From Octopus vulgaris (lineage: Eukaryota), in contig OX597819.1 of the NCBI GenBank assembly GCA_951406725.2, forward strand, positions 126,480,001 through 126,544,000: a stretch of DNA of 64,000 nt, in the 5' to 3' direction. The first letter of the stretch is position 1. Each line of letters opens with the position of its first letter. Below, in pieces: positions 40,075 through 54,147 of this stretch. Below the pieces are notes generated by a model that saw only the letters and a list, made by a program, of their open reading frames with translations, was not told where the DNA came from and searched no databases. Position numbers and translations under genes: made by a program.

Positions 40075-40770
40075 AATAAAAACTGAATGTAATGTAAATT
40101 GTGGAGAAAAATTAATATTATCAACGTTTCGAACATAAACCATTTTACAAGACATAGAACAGAGAGACAGGGGAAGGAAAAAGCAAGAAAATTTTTATAA
40201 CTCATGGTTACAAAGGACGAAGGAAGTGAGTAGAGAGGTAAGCTGTTTCTGAGAAGAGAAAAGTGGGAATGGATGGTGGCCATAAACGTAGGGTATGCAC
40301 AAGTAGATTAGTAAGCAACAACAAAGTTATTGTGTTAATAAGTACGAGTGTGCTTGTGCGTGGACAGAGCTGTATGTGCGAATAGAGAGACGATAGGTGT
40401 GAATGTTCGTGCGTCTGTTTGTATTAGAGGTGTGGAAGATGATGAACAAGAATTGCAGGAAATACCAATGGTTGTTGATATCAAAGAGACAGGATATTCT
40501 GTGTCGAAAACTGAGTCGTTGTTCGTGAAGACAAGCCTAGGGAAAAGAGGCCATGATGCTGGAGTTAAATAGAAACAGAAATACAGAAATATTGCATTGA
40601 GAATGGTCTGTAGATTTGAAATGTTTACTCAGAAAGTTACTACGTATAATTTGTGGCAGGTCACTTCAGAGAGTGACCTGCCAAGCATCGATCCGTTTCA
40701 CCAGCGGACAAAGCATTGTATAACCCGTATAAATTAAAAGTGGATTTGCAGTCAGATATTTGCATCACAT
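40075..40770 (-). pseudogene. Penelope-like element 3' remnant: GIY-YIG endonuclease C-terminus plus UTR with decayed HHR
   Basis: Minus-strand blocks AGETDRCLAGH, SKHFKSTDHSQCNISV, HEQRLSF....DINN (PLE GIY-YIG: GETGRxLxxR, HFxSxxHS, EQRLI..GIN); TTCGAAACGTT HHR remnant at about 40122-40150. Confidence 0.65.
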
Positions 40771-40953
40771 TTTGTCTTCTGTTTCTATTACTCCATTTCT
40801 TTGCTTCTCTGTTTGTAACTCTCGCTCACTCAGCCTGAGTGTACGAAGGCATGTGGCATAGCGGCTAGGGTATTGGGCTTAGATGGTCATAAGGTCTTGT
40901 GTTCGATTCTTTGATTTGACAGCGCCTTATCTCTTTGAACAACCTACTTTTCA

Positions 40954-41021
<68 letters not shown>

Positions 41022-41139
41022 GTGTGTATAGTTTTTATAAGTGCCAACGTATCGAAACTCTCGGACCTTGAGTCACTATTACTTATGCTAAATAATAAAA
41101 AAAATACATATACTCATATTTTTCCTGCTTGCATCAATA

Positions 41140-41298
41140 TAGGGTTTCTTTCAATTTCCGCCTATCAACTCCACTCACAAGGCTTTGGTCGGCCCGCGGC
41201 TAGGGTAGAAGTCATTTTTTCATGATGTGATGCAGTGGGGCTGAACACAGAAATATGTAGCCGGGAAGCAAACGTCTTACCACGCAGTCACGCTTGCG
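41140..41298 (-). mobile_element. SINE family B 5' half
   Basis: CCACTCACAAGGCTTTGGTCGGCCCG..CTTACCAC. Confidence 0.75.
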
Positions 41299-41775
41299 TT
41301 TATGTAGGTGTGTGTTTGTGTGTGTATATGAGAGAGAGAGAGAAAGAGAGAGAGAGGGGGAGAGAGAGAGCGTGTATGATTATTTCTCAGATCAACGATA
41401 ATTGCTTATAGTATCAATTGTTTGTCTGTCTGTCTCTCTTTCTATGGCCATCGGGTCTGTATTCTTTATGAGCTTGTCCAGCCAACTGAGCGTTCCAACA
41501 ACTTAACAGGTAAACGGATGAGTATTTTACAAACATTTGCAAGCTCAACGAAACTTCCCTCACATTATGTGGCAAAGCCTGCGATCGACGTTCGACGTAT
41601 AGCAAGGGAAAAGACAAATGTATAAGTTGCCGAACGATAAGATTGAACCTGAGATCCAATGATTTCAAGGTATACTTTTTTAAACACATAATTTATGTCA
41701 TATGTATATATGTTAATGTATGTGTGTATATACGCATGTGTGTGAGTATTTATTTATACACACACACACACACAC

Positions 41776-42005
41776 ATTTCTTTACTACCCACAAAGGGCT
41801 AAACACAGAGGGGACAAACAATGACAGACAAACGGATTAAGTCGATTACATCAACCCCAGTGCGTAACTGGTACTTAATTTATCGACCACGAAAGGATGA
41901 AAGGCAAAGTCGACCTCGGCGGAATTTGAACTCGGAACGTAACGACAGACGAAATACGGCTACGCATTTCGCCCGGCATGCTAACGTTTCTGCCAGCTCG
42001 CCGCC
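41776..42005 (-). mobile_element. SINE family A, full length, inserted in (CA)n
   Basis: Consensus match; (CA)n on both sides. Confidence 0.92.
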
Positions 42006-42007
42006 TT

Positions 42008-42044
<37 letters not shown>

Positions 42045-42169
42045 GTACGTCATACTTTGCATATCTGTATAGATCTACTTGTGTGTCTGTTTGTATGTTT
42101 ACCGCTCTCTTCACCATACACATATTTATGTATGTAGTCATGTTTATATGTATATATGTATGTACGTAT

Positions 42170-42259
<90 letters not shown>

Positions 42260-42569
42260 CACACATCCATAAAGACAATTGGTAAGTAGGTGTCACATTT
42301 AATAGTTGAAGCATTACAAGCTAAAGTAGAATAAAATATAAATATGTGTGGTGAGAGAAAAACACAATTCTAAACAATGTCTATTAATTTCTAATAATAC
42401 TTCAAATATTAATTTAAATGTCTTAGTTGTTCTAGATCTATGTATGTATGTGTTTATGTATGTATGTATGTATGTATGTATGAATGTATGTATGTATGTA
42501 TGGATATATATTGGACAAACGAATGAAAGAGGCACTTAACACATTTATTAAGTGTTACGTATATTGTCA

Positions 42570-43212
42570 TTTTGTGCACTCGTCCAGGACCCGAGCATTG
42601 CTGACCTGTAGGTTTATGTCGAACACCTGCTGTCGCTTGTGGGACGGATCCGGCTGTCGACTGAATCCATTGTGAAGATTGCCCCGCCGCCTTCCTTTAA
42701 CCGAGAAGGTAAAGCTGTTTTTATATGCCTGGTGGCCATGGCGAAAGAGGTTCTATGATGGACGAGACTGAAGGGGTTGAAGACAAACACTTTTCTTTTT
42801 AGCTGGTCCCTAATCAACTTCTTCAAGTTTCACTTAAAAGGAAAAATCGGGATAGAAAATGAAGTGTTGTCTTCTAGCCGGTTTGCTGAAAGGTGGATGG
42901 AAGTGACGAGAATGGTGCGTCTGAACGGACCTGCCCTGCGCATACGCCAGTAGATGGAGAAAAGGAAAGAAAAAAGAAGGTACCTGCCTCAAAAGTCAAT
43001 GTACCCATGGTCTATATGGGGTTTTTCCATGAGCAGCCCTCGATCGTCTCCTCCCTATTGAGGAATACACATTGTTGGATTTGTTTTTTCTTTCTTTGTT
43101 TACACGCAAATCCATCACAACACGCACTCTCACACATACACACATACTTTGTTTTGTCCTGTACTGTCCACAATGTTTTTCTTAAAGTAAACCCTTTGTG
43201 GTAAAAAAAAAG
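42570..43212 (+). mobile_element. L1/Tx1-clade LINE 3' end (ORF2 C-terminus, UTR, A tail)
   Basis: ALVQDPSIADL*VYVEHLL...VAMAKEVL*WTRLK...FAERW...stop at 42951-42953, then T-rich UTR and an A-run at 43203. Confidence 0.65.
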
Positions 43213-43305
43213 AAGGTATTATTATTATTTATAACAGTTTGATTCAACCCAATCATACTAGGACCTAATCAAGCTCTATTAAATAATAATAATAATGATA
43301 ATAAT

Positions 43306-43341
<36 letters not shown>

Positions 43342-43560
43342 AATAATAATAATAATAATAATGATAATACCGAGAAGAGCGTTATCGCTGTGAAAATAAC
43401 ATCCATTCACGAATTTATTTATTTATTAATTTTTTAAATACATATTTTACCTGTGAATTTACGTATGTAATCTGGGAATGCATACAATGAACTTCTCTGC
43501 CCTAGGTGTACGGAAAACACTCGGCGAGAAACGGAAGAAAATTTGAAGAAACAAGGAATA

Positions 43561-43632
<72 letters not shown>

Positions 43633-44112
43633 TGTGTGTGTGTATGTATTTCGAATGGTTGAGATATTTTCCCAGTTGAATTCCAATGCGTGACACTTTC
43701 AGCATAGCTTCAGCACTAACCAAACTTTGTGAATGAAATTTACTGCACGTATTCTTAGAGGAATCCGGTTGTACTTAATCCAAAGCGTCATTCTTGTTAT
43801 GGATGATATTCCAGTCGGAATTACGTTGAAAGTCCAAGTGTCTCTGATACAGTATCTTGCCACTTTGATAAAACTAGTTGTTTGGGCATTAGACTCATGA
43901 TGTAATGTTTGTGGATTCATTTACTTGTCCGGTCGGTGCGTTGTGCTCTTAAAAATGGTATTTCATATTACATTACTGTTGTTTACTTACCTGAAATTTA
44001 GTACCTATCTGTGGCTAGTAAAGCTCTTTCTCTCTCTCTCTCTCTCTTTCTCCCATCAGCTGTCATATGCTTGATGTCTAGCTGGATCAAGGGAGATGAG
44101 GGTCGAGAGAGC

Positions 44113-44214
<102 letters not shown>

Positions 44215-44582
44215 CTTTATTCACCATAAGTTTGAGAAAAAGAGGGGACGGTACGAGGACAGACAAAACAAACATTGGGGTCAGGGTATCGAATGAGACG
44301 AAACGTATGAATAAACAAACAATTAAAAATATACAATTAAAAGAGAATGAGTGATTAAGAAAAAATGAAGCGGAGGACGCGGTTGACCCCACAAACCACA
44401 TACTCACACTGAAGACTTTGCTTTCTCCTTTTTTACATTCTCGTTTTAACAGGTTCTTTCACTCGCAGAATACTTGCTATATACTTCCATCTTTTACGAA
44501 ACACACTTTGCGACAAGAGTCTATATCAGTTCACAACTATATAAGTATCTAAAACAATTAGTGAAAGCATTGTACACGTACA

Positions 44583-44969
44583 GGCGCAGGAGTGGCTGTG
44601 TGGTAAGTAGCTTGCTTACCAACCACATGGTTCAGTCCCACGGCGTGGGATCTTGGGCAAGTGTCTTCTACCATAGCCTCGGGCCGACCAAAGCCTTGTG
44701 AGTGGATTTGGTAGACGGAAACTGAAAGAAGCCCGTCGTATATATGTATATATATATGTGTGTGTGTGTGCATGTTTGTGTGTCTGTGTTTGTCCCCCCA
44801 ACATCGCTTGACAACCGATGCTGGTGTGTTTACGTCGCCGATAGAATAAGTACTGGGCTTACAAAGAATAATTCCCGGGGTCGATTTGCTTGGCTAAAGG
44901 CGGTGCTCCAGCATGACCGCAGTCAACTGACTGAAACAAGTAAAAAGGGTAAAAAAGAGTAAAAAGAGA
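44583..44969 (+). mobile_element. SINE family B, near full length
   Basis: Consensus head/core/microsatellite/tail with GTAAAAAGA repeats. Confidence 0.92.
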
Positions 44970-46301
44970 GTACACGACCTATGCAGCACACCAGGGAATA
45001 CATAGGCGAAACAAACTGAGGAAGACCTGAAGTGGCAGCGTTTCCACATCAAGCATACTTAGGCCAGTGCCATGGATCAGAAAGGTGGAATAATATCATC
45101 ACCAGAGTCCGTCATCCAGCAGCCCCCACTTGCATCGCAATGGTTGAGAGGACATCCTCCTCTCTAGTCGCGAGCTAGGAATTTACGAAGACAAGTAGTA
45201 GGTCATACTTACACACAGATTATGGTTGATTGTATTGTAATTCTGTAGATCGAACACGCGAGCAAAAACAATTAAAAGTTGATTTAGTATTTTACACATA
45301 TTCTTATTTATCTTTCTTTCAGGCATGGGCTATCTCGAATTACATTAGCCAATGGACTATTTTCCATTTCCATGAAAACAGTGTGTAAAAGTTTGACTGA
45401 TATTTTTCGCTGACCGCGTCACTGCTTCAAGATTTCCCACGTCGGCTCGCTCGATCATTGAGGCTTTGATTCTTCCATTCTTCTGGAGTATCGCCATATT
45501 GTTTTACTGCATTTCTCCTTGATGCCATTGTGGTGCTCATCGTTATATTACATGAGATGACTTATCGTCTCATATTCATTGTCTTTTATCGTCTTGGATT
45601 CGAGTTGATATTTATTTCCCCGGTTATTTATTCAACGATTGTGTGTCCATTTGTTTGAAACTGGTCACTACAGGCTGTTCTTTCTTGCCAGTAGCAACCT
45701 AAGGATGAACGTTTGAAACATTTCTGCAAATACTATATAGCTATCTTTCTTTTACACAAATAGTTCGACAGTTACTGTACTGCAAGACAACTCTATTGTA
45801 AGAAAGCGACTTGGCACGGCTATCAAATAATGACATTGTTTTCCAGTGGATATTTGCATGGTGCATGTCGAAGTTTCCTATTTTCGTATTTTACCGTCAA
45901 AATCTTTCCAAATTATCTTCTGGGTTTCTGCTATACAAGTTAGTTCAGCCTAGAGGGCATTCAAAGTATTTGATATCTCAAATGCATATTCACTCACTCA
46001 CACACACACACACACTCACACACACACAAACACAGACACACAAAGACGCACCGCACACACACATGTTTGTATTTATATATATGTGTTTGCATGTGTATAT
46101 ATATGCATTCCTATATATATACATGTGTGTGTTTGTGTGTATGTGTGTATGTATGCATGAATATATGTATTCATACATATGAATACATTCCTGTACATAC
46201 ATATATATACGTGTGTGTATGTACTTATATATATAAATATATAGATAGATACATATAGATATACGTGTGTATGCACGACCGCTCGCATATATATATTCTC
46301 T

Positions 46302-46620
46302 TATTCTTTGAAAGCCTAGTACTTATTCTATCGGTCTCTTTTGCCGAACCGCTAAGTTACAGGGACGTAAACACACCACCATCGGTTCTCAAGCGATGTT
46401 GGGGACAAACACAGACACACAAACATACACACACATGCATATATATATACATATATACGACGGGCTTTTTTCAGGTTCCGTCTACCAAATCCACTCACAA
46501 GGCTTTGGTCGGCCCGAGGCTATAGTAGAAGACATCTGTCCAAGGTGCCACGCAGTGGGAATGAACCCGGAACCATGTGATTAGTAAGCAAGCTACTTAC
46601 CACACAGCCATTCCTGCGCC
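46302..46620 (-). mobile_element. SINE family B, 3'-truncated
   Basis: Consensus head and most of the tail. Confidence 0.9.
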
Positions 46621-46979
46621 TCATTTTGTATCATGCCTCTTATAAACAATAGTATCGTTGGTTTTAGTATTCCAACAAGTCAATTGCTGGTTACCTGAAT
46701 GTCTTGAATGGACAATTCACAAGTATGGAAATACATCTTCTACTCCTAATCTTGTATTTATCACATTAATATTAGGCTCCACATAGGGTTCACCAGGTGC
46801 CGGCATAAAAACCACCTCGGTTTTTTATAAAGTTATAGTTCCACCAAAGACATTGCACGCAGCTGAAAGTCTTTACATTATGATCTGCAGATCTTTTATA
46901 AGTACTGCACAGTCTGCATAAAAAAAGGTTCTAATAGAGCCTGAGAAATCTCTGATTTAATACGAAAACGTCGTAAACT

Positions 46980-47800
46980 GAAAATCTTTCCTAAAATCCC
47001 AAATCTTATCTTAACACCTTTATCCAAAACAATGTTGGTATTAGAATGTTACCTTGTTTTACTCCATTATTTATGGCAATCTCTTCAAAAAGCTCTCTAT
47101 TAAGTACAGCGTTTACTTTCATGTTCCTTAAACATGTGCACAAGTTTTGGTGGACAGCCAAATTCAAGAAGAATCGTTTGAAAAACCTCGCTATTGGCTG
47201 TTTTAAAGGTAACGTACATGGTAGAGTGGAATTTTATGTTCAACACACTTCTCCTGAAACTACGTCCATTTTCCCTCTCCCCACTTGGAAGGCAGACTGA
47301 GTTTCTGTTAAAAGTATAAGGCAGATAGATATCACGCATGAGACGGTTCGGCATCCTACTTGGGAGAGTTCTACCCACCGATTCTAATAGAGTGAAACCA
47401 TAGAAATTGTCAAATAGACACTAAGTTCCTTTACTTCCAGTACAGCATTAATCTAGTGGAACCGGAATTCCTTCCCGACAAGTAACTACCATTCTATGTG
47501 TTGCAGAAGTCACAGTGTCTTCTATTTTCAAGTGTTCTATATACATTCCATTTAGGTCTAGGGATTCAGAAGTTTTAACTGACTTAGTGCTAGCAGAATG
47601 TTTCCATATCCAAATACCAGAATGCATTAATTGTTTCCATTACTTAATACAGAAAGGGTTTAAGAACAGATCCATAAAGAGTTCTTTCCAGTGTTTTATT
47701 ACAATTGCTAGGTCTTTCAAGAATATTTCACCAATTTTTGGTTGCAAAGGGACTGCAGAAGATGATGAAGACCCAAATACTTGATTAAGGAGAACATGCA
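46980..47800 (-). pseudogene. RTE (BovB-like) LINE RT fragment, heavily decayed
   Basis: NFYGFTLLESVGRTL..NRL (NYRGISLLSIAGKIL..NRL) and ILLEFGCPPKLVHM (ILxKFGCPPKFIxM). Confidence 0.75.
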
Positions 47801-47862
47801 CCCCTTTTTCCTATTACATATAGGAGAAAGGGACACAAACGAACTTTCTCTTTCTCTCTCTG

Positions 47863-47901
<39 letters not shown>

Positions 47902-48232
47902 TGCATGTGTGTATATGCTATATGTGTCGGACGTAACTGATACAACTCACGTGAGACGTTCGATTACAATATGTGGTCATAGAGCAAACGCAACACCGGA
48001 ACATTCTATGTAGTGTTTAGGCATAGATGTGTCTCGCATGATACACTTTCATTAGTCTCGTCTGATGCAAACATTTACGAAGGTGCTCAATTAATAGAAA
48101 ATACAACGTTGCGATATTAGTCGACATGACCAAATATGGAAGAGTCACTTGAAATATGTTTCATAATTATGCACCAAGATCTAATCATATTTCTGCAAAC
48201 CAAACAGGTAACTTGCTACATTCACTGGATTT

Positions 48233-48346
<114 letters not shown>

Positions 48347-48456
48347 CATACGTAGAAAGAAATATGCATATACATATCTATATCTGCATGCAAACACACA
48401 CATACATTCAAACACAGACACACACATACATGTATGTATGTTTGTATTTATGTATG

Positions 48457-48487
<31 letters not shown>

Positions 48488-49615
48488 TATACATACATAT
48501 ATATATATATGTATGTATGTATGTATGTATATATGTATGTATATATATGTATACGTATATATGTGTGTGTGTAAATATATGCATACATAGTTACATATAT
48601 ATATATATATATATTCGTTTCGGTGTACACATATACGTGTGCATGTATTAATTCACAAACACATACACACATGCACACATATATATATTCTATAAACTAA
48701 TTTTTTAAAAAAACGTAAACACAACTGTCAAGGCTATCAACAACATTTCCACAATAATAATAATAATAATAATAATATCTAAGAATAAAGAAAAATGAAA
48801 TAAAAGAAATGAACGATTTCCTCTTCTCTCATTAGACTTGCAAAGACTCTCTGTCCAACTTATAACAAAAAAAAAAATTAATAAAAGATTTTAGCTCTTA
48901 ATCCAATTTCCACAGTTTACACTCACAGACACGAGCGCGCACGCGCAGGCGTTCACGTGCATACATATATACATACACACATAGATACACGCATTCATGT
49001 ACACATCCTTCCATCGCCAATATTGGTATTTAGTAGAGCGAATCATTTGGCACCTTCAAGGACGATTTCTCGTGTTCATATACACAGTCTTGTTATATTA
49101 TGGTATTTTCCATGCGTGTATATATGTATATATATATATATATGTTTGTGTGTGTGTGTGTCTTTAGGTATATGCGTTTAAATGTGCGTGTATGTACGAA
49201 GGTAGATAGATAGATATCTATGCTTGTGTGACTATGCAATTATCTATGTACAATAGTGTGTACGTACCTATGTATACAGAGAATACTTTTGTTGTTGTTT
49301 TTTCCGTTGTTGTTAATAATATATTGGCAATTAAATCAGCTGTTCCTGACCCAATTCCGGATGATATGAAAAGAAGATATGGACTGTGTTCAGTGTGATG
49401 GAGGTTGCTTCTCTTTCTTATTCGTCTGTGAAAAAAAAAAAAAAAAAAGATAAAAAGCTTTCGCAAATCCCTAAAAACCAGTTTCCCAACTCCAACTCCA
49501 CGCAAACAGACATCTACGAAACACAAACATATAAGTGTGCTTGTGTCTGTGCGTGTGTGGCTATACCTACGCATACACACGTACACACACACACACACAC
49601 TCACGCATACATACA

Positions 49616-49646
<31 letters not shown>

Positions 49647-49739
49647 TTACATACATACATACATGCATACATACATACATCTATATATATATATATATAT
49701 ATATATACATACATACATACATACATATATATTTACTTT

Positions 49740-49961
49740 TTCAATATGTGACCTCGTAAGTACCGTTGGCGATTTTTTTCCTCTGTCTTCCCTTCTCTGG
49801 ATCTTTCCTTCTCCTATGTTTCCGACGAAGAGCTCCGCTCGAAACGTTAAACCCCACCTTCTTCCCTTCTTTCCTGAGCGTCCAATAATACTTTATTTGT
49901 TCCACGTCCTCGCGTTGTTGTGTTTCTTTGTTTTTTTTTATGTGTTTTCTTGTTTGGATTA

Positions 49962-49965
<4 letters not shown>
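49740..49965 (+). mobile_element. HHR-bearing PLE-like mini-element ending in (TA)n
   Basis: HHR 49818-49852: GTTT-CCGACGA-A-GAGC(TCC)GCTC-GAAAC-GTT-AAAC; homologous to 22548-22690. Confidence 0.72.
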
Positions 49966-50022
<57 letters not shown>

Positions 50023-50804
50023 GTTTTTCTTTTGGAAAATCGGCTCTGGAGGATTATCACATAAAACTATAAATAATAGCATGTTCTTTAAGGTTAAAAA
50101 ATCTTTTGGATAGAAAATGTCGAAGCTTACGACTTTTTCTAACCTTAAGGTTCAACCCAAAATGTCCATGCTATCATTTATAGATTTATGTGAAGTGCCT
50201 TCGAAGCCAATGTTCCAAAGAAGAATTCTTTCACGTTCTCTCGAAAGTTTATAAAAAATTTCTCATTCACACACACACACAGACACACGCACACAGACAC
50301 CTCACACACACACGCATAGAAATACACACACAAACACACACACACACGCATAGCGATACACACACAAACACACACACACACACACACACTATCAGTGTCG
50401 ATTTTCAAGTGGAATCAGCGTAACACTGTGCACGAAGTCTGGACCCTTGAATAACATCTATATTCTACCCAACTGGTGTCCACACAGTTTCCATCCACCA
50501 AATTTTACCCACAAGATATTGGTCGACTCGCGACTTTAGAAAACGACACTTGCCCAACAAGCCCGCAACGGAATCGGTATTTCATGATTGCAAAGCGCAC
50601 TTCCTCACTATTTGACCATTGTGTGTATGTATATATGTCTGCATGTATGTATGTATGTATGTATGTATGTATGTATGTATGTATGTATGTATGTATGTAT
50701 GTATGTATGTATGTATGTATGCATGCAGGCATGTATGTATATATGCATGTATGCATGTATGTATATATGTATGTATCCTTGTGTATACATACATATACAT
50801 TCAC

Positions 50805-50993
50805 CATGATAGATCGGTAGCCACTACACACATTTTTTCTCTCTTTGTTTCTCTCCTTGTTTCTTTCTGTAGAAGAGCGTAGGCTCGAAACGTTAAAGAC
50901 TTTTTCAATTCCCGAGCGCGTTATACTAATACATCTGTTTGTTTTGTACACCACCTGTCTTCGTCTTTTGTTTTGTTTTTTTTCGTGAATTCT

Positions 50994-50997
<4 letters not shown>
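50805..50997 (+). mobile_element. HHR-like PLE mini-element ending in (TA)n (family also at 54350-54527)
   Basis: 50862-50899: TCTTT-CTGTAGA-A-GAGC(GTAG)GCTC-GAAAC-GTT-AAAGA; perfect stems I and II, variant core. Confidence 0.65.
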
Positions 50998-51070
<73 letters not shown>

Positions 51071-51071
<1 letters not shown>

Positions 51072-51277
51072 TTTTACTTGTTTCAGTCATGCTGGAACAC
51101 AGCCTTGGTGGATTTTAATTGAACAACTCGACCCCAGAATTTATTTTTAAAGCCTAGTACTTATTCTATCGGTATTGTTTGCCGAACCTCAATGTTACGG
51201 GGGACGTAAAGAAAACAACACCAGTTGTCAAGCGTAATAGGGAGGACAAACACATACACACGCACATACATACATAC

Positions 51278-51349
<72 letters not shown>

Positions 51350-51674
51350 TTATAAATATATTATATAGAGGGCATTATTACACATAAATGCCGCACGCTA
51401 AGAGGGACTCTTAAAGTCAAAACTACCAAAATAAACATATCGTACCGAATGCGGTTTTTCACGCTAACTACTGGATAATATCTTATGAAGATTTTATCCT
51501 ATTTTAAAATTATATATATATAAATAAATATATATGCGACGGGCTTCCTTCAGTTTCCGTTTGCCAAATGCACTCACAAGTCTTTGTGAGGTTATAGTAG
51601 AGAACTACTTCCCCAAAGTGCCGGAACCACGTTGTTGGGAAGCAAGCTTCTTACCACACAGCCACGCCTGCGCC
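51071..51674 (-). mobile_element. SINE family B with a ~145-bp unique insert in its internal microsatellite
   Basis: Tail 51071-51255, (CA)n/(TA)n, insert about 51365-51510, head 51537-51674. Confidence 0.8.
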
Positions 51675-52179
51675 TTCATGTTCATAGAATAATGACAATT
51701 ATTATTATCAGCTCGTTGGTCGGACAATAAGAATATTCCTCACCGAAACCGACGGAGAATCCTTTCATTTTATAGGTGTATGTGTTTGTATATGTGAATT
51801 CATCTGAAAAACGACTATATGCTTAAGTCTGTGTCTGCACGCGCGTGTGTATGTGCGAGCATTTGTTTATGTATTTATGTGCGTGCTTGTATGCACGTAT
51901 CCATGCATGTACTCTTGTATGTACGTACATGTGTATGTATTTGTGTGTATGTATTTGTGTGAGTGAGAGGTGTTTAATCGAAGGATTGATAGCTGCGGGT
52001 ATCCGATATAATGGCTGTATTTTCTATTAAACCAATAAAAAGATGTATAAAGCCAGCTGGGTTAACTGACGACCGTAATAAGATTCTGAAGACCGATGGG
52101 TTGAAGGTGGGGGTAATATTTGTCGTGGTAGGGGTGTCATGGTGCTGGGAGTGGAGCGCTTGACATAATGGTATTACAA

Positions 52180-52410
52180 GGCGGCGAGCTGGCAGAAACG
52201 TTAGCACGCCGGGCGACATGCTTTGCGGTATTTCGTCTGCCGTTACGTTCTGAGTTCAAATTCCGCCGAGGTCGACTTTGCTTTTCATCCTTTCGGGGTC
52301 GATTAAATAAGTACCAGTTTCGCACTGGGGTCGATATAATCGACTTAATCCGTTTGTCTGTCCTTGTTTGTCCTCTCTTTGTTTAGCCCCTTGTGGGTAG
52401 TAAAGAAATA
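52180..52410 (+). mobile_element. SINE family A, full length
   Basis: Consensus match. Confidence 0.93.
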
Positions 52411-52605
52411 AGTAATACAGAGTGTTACTATCATTGGGGGCAGTTGATGTGCGTGAGCGCTAGTGCTTAAGTATAGTAATCGGGACTGCGTTACTTGTGT
52501 ATTGGTTAAGGTGATTGATGCTGATGCTTCTTTTTAATAACAGAAGTAATCGAACTGGCATGTGTGTTGTGGTGGGTGATCGTCAGTTTGGTCTTGGTGT
52601 TTGTG

Positions 52606-52826
52606 TTAACCCTTTTGTTACCAATCCGGCTGAAACCGGCTCTGGTTCTGAGATACAAATGGTCTTGTTTTCAAAAATTCTAAATTAAAATCTTCCACCA
52701 AACTTTAGTCACAATTAATGTTCCTAACACTAGCTTAATAATAACTAAATTATTTTACTCAATTCTTTGTTATATTTGAAGTAATTGAAAGAAACACAGA
52801 GCATCTCAAAATAAATATGGTAACAA
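52606..52826. mobile_element. piggyBac-like MITE, right end truncated
   Basis: Starts TTAA-CCCTTTTGTTACCA; ends TGGTAACAA (inverted match lacking the terminal AAGGG-TTAA). Confidence 0.55.
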
Positions 52827-53495
52827 TCGAAGTAGTTATAGTTGTAGTAGAGGTGAAGGTAGTCGCTTTTGTGCTTTAAGTGCAGGTCAACACAGTGGTC
52901 AAAGTCCTTCCAATCACAATCATCTGGTTTCTGTTTTTTAACTTGCAAGGGTCTAAGAGCTATGTTATTCAATATTTACTTTACCAAGACCACAGGGTGT
53001 AATTCGAGGGAGTTTTAGCTGCTGAAAAGCCAAGTTATCCTCGACAGCATTTGAATTCAGAACGTAAATAGCCGTAAAAAAAAAAACCCGCAAAATATTT
53101 TTCCAAACGCTTTAAAGTTTCTCCTTGTTCCAGTCCATTCAGATGGCAAAAGTGAGTATTCAGACTGACTGGGCTTCCGGTTGGCATCAATGGATATGAG
53201 TGAGTGGTACGAGAGAGACTTGTAAGCATTTAGAAGTATACGTTCGGCAGCGAACTACTCCTCTTATGTGGGAGACTAGAAAAACTCGAGATATTTTGAA
53301 AATACTGGGAAAGCTTAGCAATGACAGAAAAATGCTACGCATTATCTTTAGAAAGACTGAAATGATGGATATAGATAAGAAAAATCACATTTAAAGCCCG
53401 AAGCAACGATCCCAAGAATACGCTCTAGAAATAAACTCCATCAAGTTCTTCGTTTGTTTAGCTGTTTTTGTCTATAGTATTTTATATCATTAGAA

Positions 53496-53726
53496 GGCAG
53501 CGAGCTAGCAGAAACGTTAGCACGCCGGGCGAAATGCTTTGCAGTATTTCGTCTGCCGTTACGTTCTGAGTTCAAATTCCGCCGAGGTCGACTTTGTCTT
53601 TCATCCTTTCGGGGTCGATTAAATAAGTACCAGTTACACACTGGGGTCGATGTAATCGATTTAATCCGTGTGTCTGTCCTTGTTTGTCCCCTCTGTGTTT
53701 AGCCCCTTCTGGGTAGTAAAGAAATA
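53496..53726 (+). mobile_element. SINE family A, full length with TSD
   Basis: TSD GTATTTT(A/G)TATCATT at 53477-53491 and 53728-53742. Confidence 0.92.
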
Positions 53727-54092
53727 GGTATTTTGTATCATTTGTGGTCCAACTAATATAGGCTGGACAAAAACCCAAAACCAATGTTCGAAGTCAAAAG
53801 TAAGTCAAATTATTTAAAAACGAATGGCAAAAATCATTAACTATCCTTCTCTCGTTGTCTTTTTACTGTTGCTGTAAGGTCCTCTGCTCTTCAGAGCTGA
53901 CTGGAGTAATGCTGCCTCCACGCAAGCATTTTCTTCTTCCCTTTCTCTCACTACTCTTATTGTAACCAATTCATCAGAACCTCTTCCCTGTACTTCTTTC
54001 CAAGAACGACTTTCTGACATTCCTTTCCTGCTCATGCCTTTTGAGTATATATGGTAGATAGAAGCTGTGTAGAAACCCGTCGTGTGTGAGTG

Positions 54093-54146
<54 letters not shown>

Positions 54147-54147
<1 letters not shown>

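Noticed and set aside
43699-43920. 73-aa non-repetitive ORF
   Set aside because: No recognisable motif or splice context; the length is expected by chance.
44420-45330. Plus-strand acceptor-like sites at about 44452 and 45322 (also about 11940)
   Set aside because: T-rich AG sites are common here; no matching donor or recognisable coding frame.
45380-45640. Minus-strand sequence reminiscent of a Helitron N-terminal charged repeat (ETPEE-like)
   Set aside because: Too degenerate; no Rep/helicase motifs or termini found.
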